DNA of 64,000 bases from an uncultured Prevotellaceae bacterium (lineage in GTDB: Bacteria; Bacteroidota; Bacteroidia; Bacteroidales; Bacteroidaceae), in assembly GCA_946626595.1 (NCBI GenBank), contig CAMOUQ010000001.1, positions 65,846 through 129,845 of the forward strand. The letters run 5' to 3'. The translations under genes were made by a program, and so were the position numbers. This document shows, one piece after another, positions 35,901-44,538 of the stretch. The notes beneath the pieces were generated by a model. It saw only the letters and a program-made list of their open reading frames with translations, did no database searches and was not told the DNA's origin. How positions within the stretch are numbered: the first letter of the stretch is position 1; every line of letters starts with the position of its first letter.

Positions 35901-38900
35901 GTAAGTTTGCCATACCCACCGCCATCGCTCAGAGCGACAAGAACGCATGGGTGTTCAGCGACAATGCCGTGGCCGTCAGCCTCAACAGCGAAACGGTTGG
36001 CACCTACCGCATCAAGATGGCCAAAGACCCTGTCAGCGGCACCAATGAGGCCGTCCTCGGTGTGAACCGCAACCTCAATCCTGCCGTGTTCAACTACAAC
36101 GACGCTGGCAGCGACTTCACCATTACCCTCGTCAAGGGAGCCGACCAGAGTGCAGCCGTCAAGGCCGCGGTAAGCAAACTCATCAGCAGTCAGAAGCCAC
36201 TCACCTCCTACCCTCAGAGCTCCGGCTGGTACGCCATTCAGATTAAGAGCAAGAACGGGGCTGCTGCATACGCCGGTCGTTTCATGCAGGCCGCGGCTTC
36301 GCTGTACAACGGCCTTTATCCACTCATCTTCACGGGAGCCATCGACCTGCAGCCCGCCATCTCGGAGCCCACGTTTCTCACCTACATCGATCATACCAGT
36401 TGGGACGTCAACACATGGCAACTGCCCGACGGACGCTACCTCGTAAAGAATGCCAGCAACAAATTCCCTACACTTTCGCTCACGCCGGGCAACGTGCTCT
36501 GCGGATATGACAATGGCAACTACTTCAAGACCGAAGGCGATTGGTTCGCCGACCCCTACAACAGCGGTGCCAATTACTTTTTCGGTGAGACGACATCGAT
36601 GCGCACGGCCTACACCGTCTATCCCATCGACCTCGATGCAGCCGGTCTTGCCCCATGGCAGGTAACCATCACCAACGGCTCGGCCTCAACGCTGCTCACC
36701 TGCAAGCGCTCCGACGTCAAGGGGCAGACGGCAGTGTATTCCGGAGGCTATTTCTTCCTACCCTCCGATGTGACGCCCAAGGCCACCGACTTTGCCATGG
36801 AAGGCATGATAGGCTCTCCGGTGATTGATGCCGAGAACAAGACCATCAGCGTACAGTATGACCCCAGCGTCAGCCTCCTGCCCGACGGCATCGACATCAT
36901 CCAGGGCAATGAGACCACAGGCAAGGGAAATGCCACATCGGCCCTGCTGCGCATGAAGGTGACACCCTTTGCCACCACCACGCCCACCGAGGTCAGCATC
37001 ACCCTCAGCGGATCCGACCAGATAAGCAAAGTGGCCGTCTATGCCACCGACATCGACGAACTGCATGCCAAGGCCGCCAGTCCTGTCAAGCTCGGCGAAG
37101 CCACCGTTTCTGGCCAGAGCGCCCTCTCCATCACGATGGACAACCCCACAACCATTGCCGTCGGCACATCGGCCTATCTCTGGGTAACTGCCGATGTCAA
37201 GGCCGACGCCACCGAACTGGCCACCATCGATGCAGCCATCACCTCGCTGACGTACACCAACGATTACATCAAGGCCAACGCCCTGGAAGCCAACGTACTC
37301 GACCTCACGGCCAAAGGCAACCCCGACGGACAGATGTGCATCTACAAGCAGCAGACGGCCCTTTGGACACCCGACCATGCCAACGGCATCTACTACCGCA
37401 TACCCACCATGCTCTGCACGGACGATGGCAACATCGTGGCACTGGCCGACTATCGTCACGACCACCCCTACGACCTGGGAAAGAATGCCAGCAACGGCCT
37501 GGGTGCCCACGTCATTGACGTCGTGGCACGCCGCAGCACGGATGGCGGACTCACCTGGCAGGACGAAACCGTAGTGGCAGCCGGAGACGGGAAGAATGCT
37601 AATACCTGGGGCTTCGGCGACCCGGCCATTGTAGCCGATGCCGACGGTACGCTCCACTGCCTGATGGCGGCCGGTTCCACCAGTTATGCCAGCGGCAGCG
37701 GCATGCTGGCCATGGGCTACTCCAAGAGTAGCGACGGCGGTGCCACATGGACTGCCGTCAAGGACATCTATGACGACATCGACAAAGGTGGGCTCACCAT
37801 AGCTTCAGCCTTCACTTCGGGCGGCAAGGGTGTCACCTTCGCCAATGGGCGCATGGCTTTCGCCTTCCTCGGCAAGGTTGGCGGCACCACCAACGTCTAT
37901 CCCATCTATTCCGACGACAAGGGCCAGACCTGGCACATACAGCCCACCGTGGCCTACGGCGGAGGCGACGAATCGAAGTTCGAGATTATGAACGACGGTT
38001 CCCTGCTCCTCTCCGTGCGCAAGGGCGGCTACAACGGTACTGCCCTGCGAGCCTACAACCGCACCACGGGCGACGCCAGTGGCGAAGGCATCGGTTCGTG
38101 GGGCACGGCAGCCAACTGGGGCAGCGAGATGAATGCCAACGGTTGCAACGCCGACATTCTCTACTACAACCGCTCTACCGATAACCCCAACCGCCCCGAC
38201 GTCATCCTGCACACGCTGACCAAGTCGTACAGCACCTACCGCAAAGACCTGCGCCTCTATGCCAGCTTCGACCAAGGGCAAACGTGGAAGGAGGCATTCC
38301 AACTGCAACCCGGATATGCGGCCTACAGTTCCCTGCAGAAACTGCCGAATGGCGACCTCGCCATCATCTACGAAGACGGTAGCATTGGCAACAAGGACCA
38401 GCAGGACTGCTACGCCATGAACTACATCGTGCTCAGCAGCGAGGCCCTCAATGCCCGCATCGATGAACTGTATAAGGAGTCGCTCTACACCACGGCCAGC
38501 ATCATCACCCAAGGCGAGACGAATACCAACGCACCGTTTGTGACCTGGACTCCCTCCTCGGGATGGGCTACCTCCTTCACCACCAATGCCACCTCTGGTC
38601 TGGCAGGCGTCACCGTCAGTGCCACCTCACAGGCCTTCAATCGCCAAGGCGGCTATGACCAGCGCGTATTGCTCTTCAGGCCCACCGCCGCAGGAGCCAG
38701 CGACGTTTACACCATCACAGCCCCCGACGGATACATCATCGACGGCTACACCATCGGCGGTTACTTTGGCACCAGCACGCAGACCTATACGCTGACAGCC
38801 GAGGACGGCACCTCTGTGGCCATCAACAAGAACAAGGCCCAACAGAACCCGCCAACGTACCTCACCATCAGCGGCCTGAACAAGAAGAGTACCACCATCA

Positions 38901-39547
38901 CCTTCTCCAACAGCAACACTGCAAACACCACTTATGCCTTCATCACCCACTTTGTGGTGAAACTCACGAAGCAGTACCCACTGGCCCTCCATGCAATCGG
39001 CGATGCCTCCTACGGCACGCTTTATCTGCCTTTCGGCATCACACTGCCCAACAACGTTACGGCCTACAAGGTTGCCGTGAACGGCAATTGGGCTATCCCG
39101 ACATCGATGGGACAGGAACTGCCCAAGGAGACGCCGGCCCTGCTCTATTCTGCAGAAGGCGCGACAACGGCCTTAGCCACCGTCAACGACGCAGCCACGG
39201 CCGACGCATCGGACAACCAGTTGCAGGGCGTGCTCACGAAACAGCACATTGATGGCTATGTGCTGAACCAGGACGGCAATGATGTCGGATTCTTCCGACT
39301 GAGCGGTAGCGGTGAACTGGACGCCAACCGTGCCTACCTGCCTGCCAATGCTGGAGAGGTAAAAGGCTTCATCCTGAACTGGGACACCGACGGGATTGAG
39401 AAAATGAGAAGTGGAGAAAATGAGAAAATGAGAAATGGAGAAAATGAGAGAATGAGAAATGCCATCTTCGACCTCAGCGGTCGGCGCGTGAACAAGCCTC
39501 AAAAGGGCATTTACATCATGAATGGGAATAAGGTGATTGTTGAATAA
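32960..39547 (+). CDS. 2195-aa fusion: GH20 beta-N-acetylhexosaminidase + lectin-like/beta-sandwich domains + GH33 sialidase + shared C-terminal module + T9SS tail
   Basis: GH20 motifs: HWHLTDNQGFRFESKTYPQL, IIPEIDMPGHS and LHIGCDE. GH33 motifs: IYYRIPTML. Asp-boxes: STDGGLTW, SSDGGATW, SDDKGQTW and SFDQGQTW. Also YSSLQKLPNGDLAIIYED. Tail: AIFDLSGRRVNKPQKGIYIMNGNKVIVE. Confidence 0.88.
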   Translation: MKTKKLLILVALIATTCCAFADNAVSMLLPKPHELSENAATFDLTRNVSITDPTNSTLLASLFTTGGSPSATVTVSLVSDATLGTFDYTLAGFPNEGYKLEVTTDAITIQAVTKTGVIRAAQTLMQLAAANGGTSIPGVSITDWAAFKLRGYMHDVGRSFVSFDELKKEVDLLSRFKVNVFHWHLTDNQGFRFESKTYPQLNQATNMTRFAGQYYTQAQCTELEAYAAERGMIIIPEIDMPGHSQAFQTAMGFAMNSEQGKPVLKALLDELAAAFPLAPYLHIGCDEAGTTAAFVNEMSQYVKETLGRRVLVWNPISGVSISKANLPYIDMTEMWGTAGKKIDGLPNIDCRYNYINHFDVFADLVGIYKSNIYYTDKGNAEVAGAISGLWNDRKTPTETDIIRQNNLWANAIATAERGWMGGGKQYIETGGTTLPNSGSEFEEFADWERRFLYYKGTWLKDESIPYVKQTNIRWRITQPFPNGGTATAAFPPEESTADVLPDEYTYDGQTYTTSMATGGGIYLRHVWGTIVPAFFSSPQLNTTAYAWTYVYSPTAQTAGALIEFQNYSRSENDKAPDNGNWDRKGSRIWVNGSEVAPPTWGNAGKSINSEVDLQNENFTARKPIAISLKAGWNKIFLKLPYVSASNVRLNKWMFTFVLTDAEGKNALEGITYSPIQSLDANIDDVVTIIGDIKTYVHSKCGTAVGLYPESAATDLLASVATVEATLQSTLTADEREAQVANLQSAFETFKSNLATAAINQPLASTASETHYYTLCTPQRGSRYVTSSGAGAELGGTPTLVATSYWKFVARADGAWDIVNAYDDSYIAPNSTNNTALTASVTSPSAGWKISKASTDGQVIITSGNCQFNQTNTSSSVLSGGYRLFNWGNGTNTTDTGCQYAIEEVDEADIPYSFSFKPSDATVYTLNNTSSANRGALVYDGSSTNVSLVASANLDATNPNHQWVLYPTGTVGQYYLYNVGARKFAIPTAIAQSDKNAWVFSDNAVAVSLNSETVGTYRIKMAKDPVSGTNEAVLGVNRNLNPAVFNYNDAGSDFTITLVKGADQSAAVKAAVSKLISSQKPLTSYPQSSGWYAIQIKSKNGAAAYAGRFMQAAASLYNGLYPLIFTGAIDLQPAISEPTFLTYIDHTSWDVNTWQLPDGRYLVKNASNKFPTLSLTPGNVLCGYDNGNYFKTEGDWFADPYNSGANYFFGETTSMRTAYTVYPIDLDAAGLAPWQVTITNGSASTLLTCKRSDVKGQTAVYSGGYFFLPSDVTPKATDFAMEGMIGSPVIDAENKTISVQYDPSVSLLPDGIDIIQGNETTGKGNATSALLRMKVTPFATTTPTEVSITLSGSDQISKVAVYATDIDELHAKAASPVKLGEATVSGQSALSITMDNPTTIAVGTSAYLWVTADVKADATELATIDAAITSLTYTNDYIKANALEANVLDLTAKGNPDGQMCIYKQQTALWTPDHANGIYYRIPTMLCTDDGNIVALADYRHDHPYDLGKNASNGLGAHVIDVVARRSTDGGLTWQDETVVAAGDGKNANTWGFGDPAIVADADGTLHCLMAAGSTSYASGSGMLAMGYSKSSDGGATWTAVKDIYDDIDKGGLTIASAFTSGGKGVTFANGRMAFAFLGKVGGTTNVYPIYSDDKGQTWHIQPTVAYGGGDESKFEIMNDGSLLLSVRKGGYNGTALRAYNRTTGDASGEGIGSWGTAANWGSEMNANGCNADILYYNRSTDNPNRPDVILHTLTKSYSTYRKDLRLYASFDQGQTWKEAFQLQPGYAAYSSLQKLPNGDLAIIYEDGSIGNKDQQDCYAMNYIVLSSEALNARIDELYKESLYTTASIITQGETNTNAPFVTWTPSSGWATSFTTNATSGLAGVTVSATSQAFNRQGGYDQRVLLFRPTAAGASDVYTITAPDGYIIDGYTIGGYFGTSTQTYTLTAEDGTSVAINKNKAQQNPPTYLTISGLNKKSTTITFSNSNTANTTYAFITHFVVKLTKQYPLALHAIGDASYGTLYLPFGITLPNNVTAYKVAVNGNWAIPTSMGQELPKETPALLYSAEGATTALATVNDAATADASDNQLQGVLTKQHIDGYVLNQDGNDVGFFRLSGSGELDANRAYLPANAGEVKGFILNWDTDGIEKMRSGENEKMRNGENERMRNAIFDLSGRRVNKPQKGIYIMNGNKVIVE
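38972..39547 (+). repeat. copy 2 of the shared C-terminal module
   Basis: See 32141-32692. It differs by a 24-nt (three 8-nt units) expansion of the GAGAAAAT repeat. Confidence 0.85.
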
Positions 39548-39596
39548 TGAATGGTTCTACCGAGTCATACTATATTCTTACACACTTGTATAATTA

Positions 39597-39644
39597 AACC
39601 TGAAAGGGATGTGCCGCTCGGCACATCCCTTTCAGGTTTTTTTT
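39597..39644. terminator. bidirectional rho-independent terminator
   Basis: 20-bp stem aacctgaaagggatgtgccg / cggcacatccctttcaggtt, followed by T8. It lies between convergent genes. Confidence 0.85.
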
Positions 39645-39656
39645 GTATCTTAACGT

Positions 39657-40070
39657 TCAGCGTTTCTTTTTGTTGAAGTGGTCGATACCACGACGGACAT
39701 TCTCGATGAGTGCTTCCGACGAATAGGTAGCCCCCGTCACGACGTCCACCTCCTGCTTGGCAGCCTCCTTGACGGAAAGTCCCTTCCATTTGTCGAGCAG
39801 GGCACGCTTCACATGGGCAAAATACTTAGGCGTCTCCATATTGGGAAGAGCCTCAATGCGTTCAATCTTGTTCTTCTTGATATAAATCTTCACCGGAGTG
39901 GTACCGGCATACCCTTCGACATCGGCAGCCAGAGTGGTGGTATTCACCACGGTCATACCGTTTTCCTTTGTCACGACCTGCTCAGCAGGCTTCATACTCG
40001 TCATCAGCGTTGCCAGAGCCAGGATGGCAGATACTTTGCAAATATTCTTCTTTTTCATAATTTTCTTCAT
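39657..40070 (-). CDS. FMN-binding domain protein (exported)
   Basis: 137 aa with a signal/lipoprotein-like N-terminus. FMN_bind signature: VDVVTGATYSSEAL (Thr for flavinylation). Confidence 0.8.
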   Translation of the reverse strand: MKKIMKKKNICKVSAILALATLMTSMKPAEQVVTKENGMTVVNTTTLAADVEGYAGTTPVKIYIKKNKIERIEALPNMETPKYFAHVKRALLDKWKGLSVKEAAKQEVDVVTGATYSSEALIENVRRGIDHFNKKKR

Positions 40071-40117
40071 TCTCTCATTTTCTCATTTTCTCATTCTCTC
40101 ATTTTCTCATTCTCTCA
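40071..40117 (-). repeat. (ATGAGARA)n repeat bridging the AKR stop to the FMN-binding gene start
   Basis: Minus-strand ATGs lie at 40110, 40102, 40094, 40086, 40078 and 40070 with exact 8-nt spacing. The AKR stop TGA (40117-40115) lies within the array. Confidence 0.9.
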
Positions 40118-41521
40118 CCTTCTCACCTTCCTTGTCAATTCCACCAGACGACTCATCTGGTTAGGGATACGTATCAACTGCGGGCACTTACTCAGACATT
40201 CGCCACAATCCTGACAGCGATTGGCACGCTTTTCCAGGGGGATGGCCTTCTGGTAAGCCTCAACGTAGGCCTTCTGCCGCTCGGCATAGTCGGGTGCCGT
40301 ACTTTCGGGCAGGGGCAGCACCTTGTCGGTAACGGCCTGGTTGTAGAACGCAAAGTTGCCCGGGATGTCCACCCCATAGGGGCAAGGCATGCAGTAGGCA
40401 CACGTGGTGCAACCGATGGTGGGGAATCCGGCCATCTGGTCGGCGATACGTGCCAGGAGTTCGTTTTCCTTCGCCGTACAAGGTTCCAGGGGCGAGAAGG
40501 TGGCAACGTTGTCCTCCATGTGATCCATGCGGTTCATGCCACTGAGCACCGTGAGCACATTCTCGTGCGAACCCACCCAGCGGAATCCCCATCGGGCTGG
40601 TGAATCGTCGGGACGTACGGCACGCAACTGGCTGTTGATGTCCTCGGCCACATTGGCAAGGCCACCACCGCGTATGGGCTCCATGATGACGGCCTGTATG
40701 CCCAGTTTCTCAAGTCTGTTGTAGAGGTACTCGGCATCGGCATCGCCGCCACGGCGCTTTCCGCCTCGGGCATGGCGCCAGTCGAGGTAATTCATCTGTA
40801 TCTGCACGAAGTCCCAATGGTACTTATCGTTGTGGTCGAGCAGATAGTCGAAGGCAGAAACATCGCCATGATAGGAGAATCCCAGATGGCGTATGCGCCC
40901 GGCTTCGCGCTCCTTCAGCAGGAAATCGAGCATGCCATTGTCGAAGAAACGGTTGCGCAGGTTGTCCACCCCTCCCCCGCCAATGGCGTGTAGGAGATAG
41001 TAGTCGATATAGTCGACCCGCAGTTTGCGGAACGAACTCTCGTACATTGCCTTCGATTTCTCGAAGGGCCACGTCTGCGGGTTCTGGTTCGACAACTTTG
41101 TGGCCACGTAGTATTTCTCACGCGGATAACGGCTCAGCGTCCGTCCCGTCACTTCCTCGTTGTGCCCACCGCCATACATGGGGGCCGTGTCGAAGTAGTT
41201 CACACCGTGTGCAATGGCATAGTCCACCAGCCGGTCCACTTCTTCCTGTTCGCGCGGCAGCCGCATCATGCCGAAGCCCAGCAGCGAAATCTTCTCGCCC
41301 GACCCGTTCTGGGTGCGGTATGTCATGGCTACGGATTCGGGAGCCGCCTCTTTCTTCGCCTTCTTTTCCTCAAAGGGGGAAGCCATGGCACCAAAGGGTT
41401 CTGCCAGCATCAGTGCGGCAGCCGAAAAGGAGCCTAAGCCCACCCGCTTCAGAAAGGAACGGCGATTCATGTCCTGTTGTTTGTTGTCTTGCATATTATA
41501 TTCGCAATTAAAGTTTCCCAT
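40115..41521 (-). CDS. aldo/keto reductase fused to a C-terminal 4Fe-4S domain, with Tat-type signal
   Basis: Twin-arginine signal: NRRSFLKRVGLGSFSAAALMLA. AKR core: GVNYFDTAPMYGGGHNEE...YLLH. Cys clusters: CTTCAYCMPCP and CQDCGECLSKCP. The start could instead be the ATG at 41494. Confidence 0.87.
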   Translation of the reverse strand: MGNFNCEYNMQDNKQQDMNRRSFLKRVGLGSFSAAALMLAEPFGAMASPFEEKKAKKEAAPESVAMTYRTQNGSGEKISLLGFGMMRLPREQEEVDRLVDYAIAHGVNYFDTAPMYGGGHNEEVTGRTLSRYPREKYYVATKLSNQNPQTWPFEKSKAMYESSFRKLRVDYIDYYLLHAIGGGGVDNLRNRFFDNGMLDFLLKEREAGRIRHLGFSYHGDVSAFDYLLDHNDKYHWDFVQIQMNYLDWRHARGGKRRGGDADAEYLYNRLEKLGIQAVIMEPIRGGGLANVAEDINSQLRAVRPDDSPARWGFRWVGSHENVLTVLSGMNRMDHMEDNVATFSPLEPCTAKENELLARIADQMAGFPTIGCTTCAYCMPCPYGVDIPGNFAFYNQAVTDKVLPLPESTAPDYAERQKAYVEAYQKAIPLEKRANRCQDCGECLSKCPQLIRIPNQMSRLVELTRKVRR

Positions 41522-41580
41522 TTGACACTCTTTTTTTCAAATAGTTTATCACGTGCGTGCAAATATTAGAAACATTTTTG

Positions 41581-41588
41581 TACCTTTG
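41581..41588 (+). promoter_or_regulatory. -7 promoter box TACCTTTG
   Basis: Matches TAnnTTTG, 31 nt upstream of the ATG at 41620. Confidence 0.45.
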
Positions 41589-41619
41589 TCAATGAAATAA
41601 GAAACAAATACATACGAAC

Positions 41620-42708
41620 ATGAAACTCAACATCATCCTGGCAGCCTTGGCTGCAATGGCCATGCCCGCCATGGCACAGCAAGTGAAGTACTCCGTCAGC
41701 GGCAAGTACGCCGACAATGGCAAGAAAATCTATCTGATAGACAAACTCTCGGACAAGAATGTCGACAGCTTGGTTGTCGAGAAGGGGAAGTTCGCCTTCA
41801 AGGGCAGTGCCGACAAGAATGCCTTCATGGCCGTGAAGGCTGAAAACAAGGGTTGGCAGACGACATTCTTCAACGACGGCACACCCGTCTCCGTCAATGT
41901 CAACGACAGCACCCTCAAGGGCTCTGCCCTCAACGAGCGTCTGGCCCGGTTAGACGTAGAACAGAACATCCCCAACCAGCAGTTCATGGCGAAGGTTGCC
42001 AAGATGAGCGAAGAAGAAATTCGGCAGCATCAGGAGGAACTCATGAATGAGTACAACAAGGCCACAGACTTACAGATAGCCTTTGCGAACAAGGTATTCC
42101 AGGAGGAACGCCAGTCGCTCATCCCCCTGGCCTTCGCCGAACTGTATTTCTTCGACAATGGCGTCGAGATGTACGACGAGTTGGTCAAGGAGGCCGTGCC
42201 CTTTGCCAGCCATCCCTATCTGAAGAAGGTGAAGGACGACATTGCCAAGATGATGCAGCCACAGGATCCTGCCAAGATGGCCTTCATCGGTCAGCAGTTC
42301 ACCGACCTGGAGATGGCCGACCCCGACGGCAAGATGCGCAAGATAAGCGAAAAGGTGGGTGCCGGTAAGTGGGTGCTCGTCGACTTCTGGGCATCGTGGT
42401 GCGGCCCCTGCCGGGCCGAGATGCCCAACGTCCTGGAGGCCTACAACAAGTTCCACGCCAAGGGATTCGAAGTCGTAGGCGTCTCTTTCGACCAGAAGAA
42501 AGAGGCATGGGTCAAGGCCATCGATCAGCTGAGCATGCCCTGGCTGCAAATTTCCGACCTCAAGGGTTGGAAGTGCGCCGCCGCACCGGTCTATAAGATT
42601 GATGCCATCCCCGACAACATCCTCATCGACCCCCAGGGCAAGATAGTTGCCCGCGCCCTGCGTGGCAAGGCCCTGCAGCGTCGCCTGGAGAAAATCTTCG
42701 GAGAATAA
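41620..42708 (+). CDS. TlpA-family thiol:disulfide oxidoreductase (thioredoxin fold with N-terminal DUF4369-like domain)
   Basis: Signal peptide present. Active site: VDFWASWCGPCRAEMPNV. Confidence 0.9.
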   Translation: MKLNIILAALAAMAMPAMAQQVKYSVSGKYADNGKKIYLIDKLSDKNVDSLVVEKGKFAFKGSADKNAFMAVKAENKGWQTTFFNDGTPVSVNVNDSTLKGSALNERLARLDVEQNIPNQQFMAKVAKMSEEEIRQHQEELMNEYNKATDLQIAFANKVFQEERQSLIPLAFAELYFFDNGVEMYDELVKEAVPFASHPYLKKVKDDIAKMMQPQDPAKMAFIGQQFTDLEMADPDGKMRKISEKVGAGKWVLVDFWASWCGPCRAEMPNVLEAYNKFHAKGFEVVGVSFDQKKEAWVKAIDQLSMPWLQISDLKGWKCAAAPVYKIDAIPDNILIDPQGKIVARALRGKALQRRLEKIFGE

Positions 42709-42753
42709 ACTCCCCCACCCCTTAATTCCTTAGAAAAAAATATAGACATACAC

Positions 42754-44538
42754 ATGAAAAACAGAATTCTGCTTGCGTTCATACTCCCCTGTCTGGCCCT
42801 CTCCGCAGCGGCACAGCCAGAGGGTGGATTCGGTGGCTACCAGAAGCCACAGACACGGCTGGAAACCAGCCGCCAATGGAAGAACGTCGACTACGTGGGC
42901 GATGGCCAGGTCTACCACTCCTGCGACATCTACCTGCCCAAAGAGGAACGGCCCCACTACCCCGTAGTCATCCACATCTACGGCAGTGCCTGGTTCAACA
43001 ACAACGGCAAGGGCGCAGCCGACCTGGGCACCATCGTCCAGGCCCTGCTGCGAGCAGGCTATGCCGTAGTGTGCCCCAACCATCGCTCCAGCGGCGACGC
43101 CCAATGGCCAGCCCAGATCCACGACATCCGCGCCGTGGTGCGCTTCGTCAGAGGCGAGGCTACGAAGTATCATTTCGACCCGTCGTTCATCGCCACCAGC
43201 GGATTCTCCTCGGGTGGTCACCTGGCATCCATCACAGCCACCACAAGCGGCACACGTCAGGCACAGGTGGGTTCGGTGTCCGTCGACCTCGAGGGCTCAC
43301 TGGGCAGCCACACCAACGAGAGCAGTGCCGTCGACGCCGCCTGCGACTGGTCGGGTCCCATCGACCTCACGGCGATGGATTGTGCCGAACACATGACGAT
43401 GGGGGCTGACAGTCCCGAGGACATCCTGCTCCGTTCCAAACTCACGAAGGAGCCCGATAAGTACCTCAGCCTGAGCGCCACGACCTACGTGGACAAGAAC
43501 GACCCACCCGTCATCATCTTCCACGGCGAAAAGGACAATGTGGTGCCCGTCTGCCAGGGCAAGAAGTTTTTCGAGGTGCTGCAGGCCACAGGTGTAAAGT
43601 CGGAGGCCACGTGGGTTCCCGAGGGCGGACACGGCATGAATATGTACAGCGAGGAGAATCTTCAGAAGATGATTAACTTCCTCGACGCGGCACGCGGTGC
43701 ACGCACACGCATCATCGAAGACGGCGGAACGGGAGCCTACAAGGCCATCGTCAAGGAAGACCGCACCCTGCCCGAACACACCATCGTCGTGCCGCAGGAT
43801 TTATCTCCCTTCAACCAGAAGCATCCCCTGCCCGTCCTGGTCTGGGGCAACGGTGCTTGCGCCAACTCGCCCTTCGAGCACATCAAGTTCCTCAACGAGA
43901 TTGCCTCGCACGGCTACATCGTACTGGCTACGGGCTACATCCCCATGACCGACGATTGGTACAAAGGCCCCATGTCGCGCTCGGAACAGCAGATCGAGAG
44001 CATCGACTGGATTATCGCGCAGAATGCAGACCCCAAGTCTCCTTATTATAATAAGGTAGATGTCAAGAACATCTGCGTGGCCGGCATGTCGTGCGGCGGA
44101 CTGCAGTCGCTCTACAACTGTGCCGACCCGCGCATCCGCACGCTCATGATTTGCAACAGCGGACTCTTCAAGGCCGAGAATGCGCATCAGGCCGTAGGCG
44201 GAATGCCCATGCCCAAGAAGGACAAACTCAACGACATCCACACACCCATCATCTACATCCTGGGCGGCAAGGAGGACATCGCCTACGAGAACGGTATGGA
44301 CGACTTCCACCGCATCAACCATGTTCCGGCCTGCGCCACCAACTATCCCGTAGGCCACGGCGGCACCTATCTGCAGCCTCATGGCGGCGAGTTCAGCGTC
44401 GTGGCACTGGCATGGCTCGACTGGCAACTGCGTGGCGACAAGAAGGCCGCCAAGATGTTCCGCGGCAAGAAGTGCGAACTGTCGAAACGCGACAAGTGGA
44501 CCATCGAGAAGAACGCCTTGTTTGGCAAGATGAAGTAG
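42754..44538 (+). CDS. secreted tandem alpha/beta-hydrolase (carbohydrate-esterase-like, two serine-hydrolase domains)
   Basis: Signal peptide present. Two nucleophile elbows: GFSSGGH and GMSCGG. HGxxD-type ends: FHGEKDNVV and GGKEDIAY. Confidence 0.78.
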   Translation: MKNRILLAFILPCLALSAAAQPEGGFGGYQKPQTRLETSRQWKNVDYVGDGQVYHSCDIYLPKEERPHYPVVIHIYGSAWFNNNGKGAADLGTIVQALLRAGYAVVCPNHRSSGDAQWPAQIHDIRAVVRFVRGEATKYHFDPSFIATSGFSSGGHLASITATTSGTRQAQVGSVSVDLEGSLGSHTNESSAVDAACDWSGPIDLTAMDCAEHMTMGADSPEDILLRSKLTKEPDKYLSLSATTYVDKNDPPVIIFHGEKDNVVPVCQGKKFFEVLQATGVKSEATWVPEGGHGMNMYSEENLQKMINFLDAARGARTRIIEDGGTGAYKAIVKEDRTLPEHTIVVPQDLSPFNQKHPLPVLVWGNGACANSPFEHIKFLNEIASHGYIVLATGYIPMTDDWYKGPMSRSEQQIESIDWIIAQNADPKSPYYNKVDVKNICVAGMSCGGLQSLYNCADPRIRTLMICNSGLFKAENAHQAVGGMPMPKKDKLNDIHTPIIYILGGKEDIAYENGMDDFHRINHVPACATNYPVGHGGTYLQPHGGEFSVVALAWLDWQLRGDKKAAKMFRGKKCELSKRDKWTIEKNALFGKMK

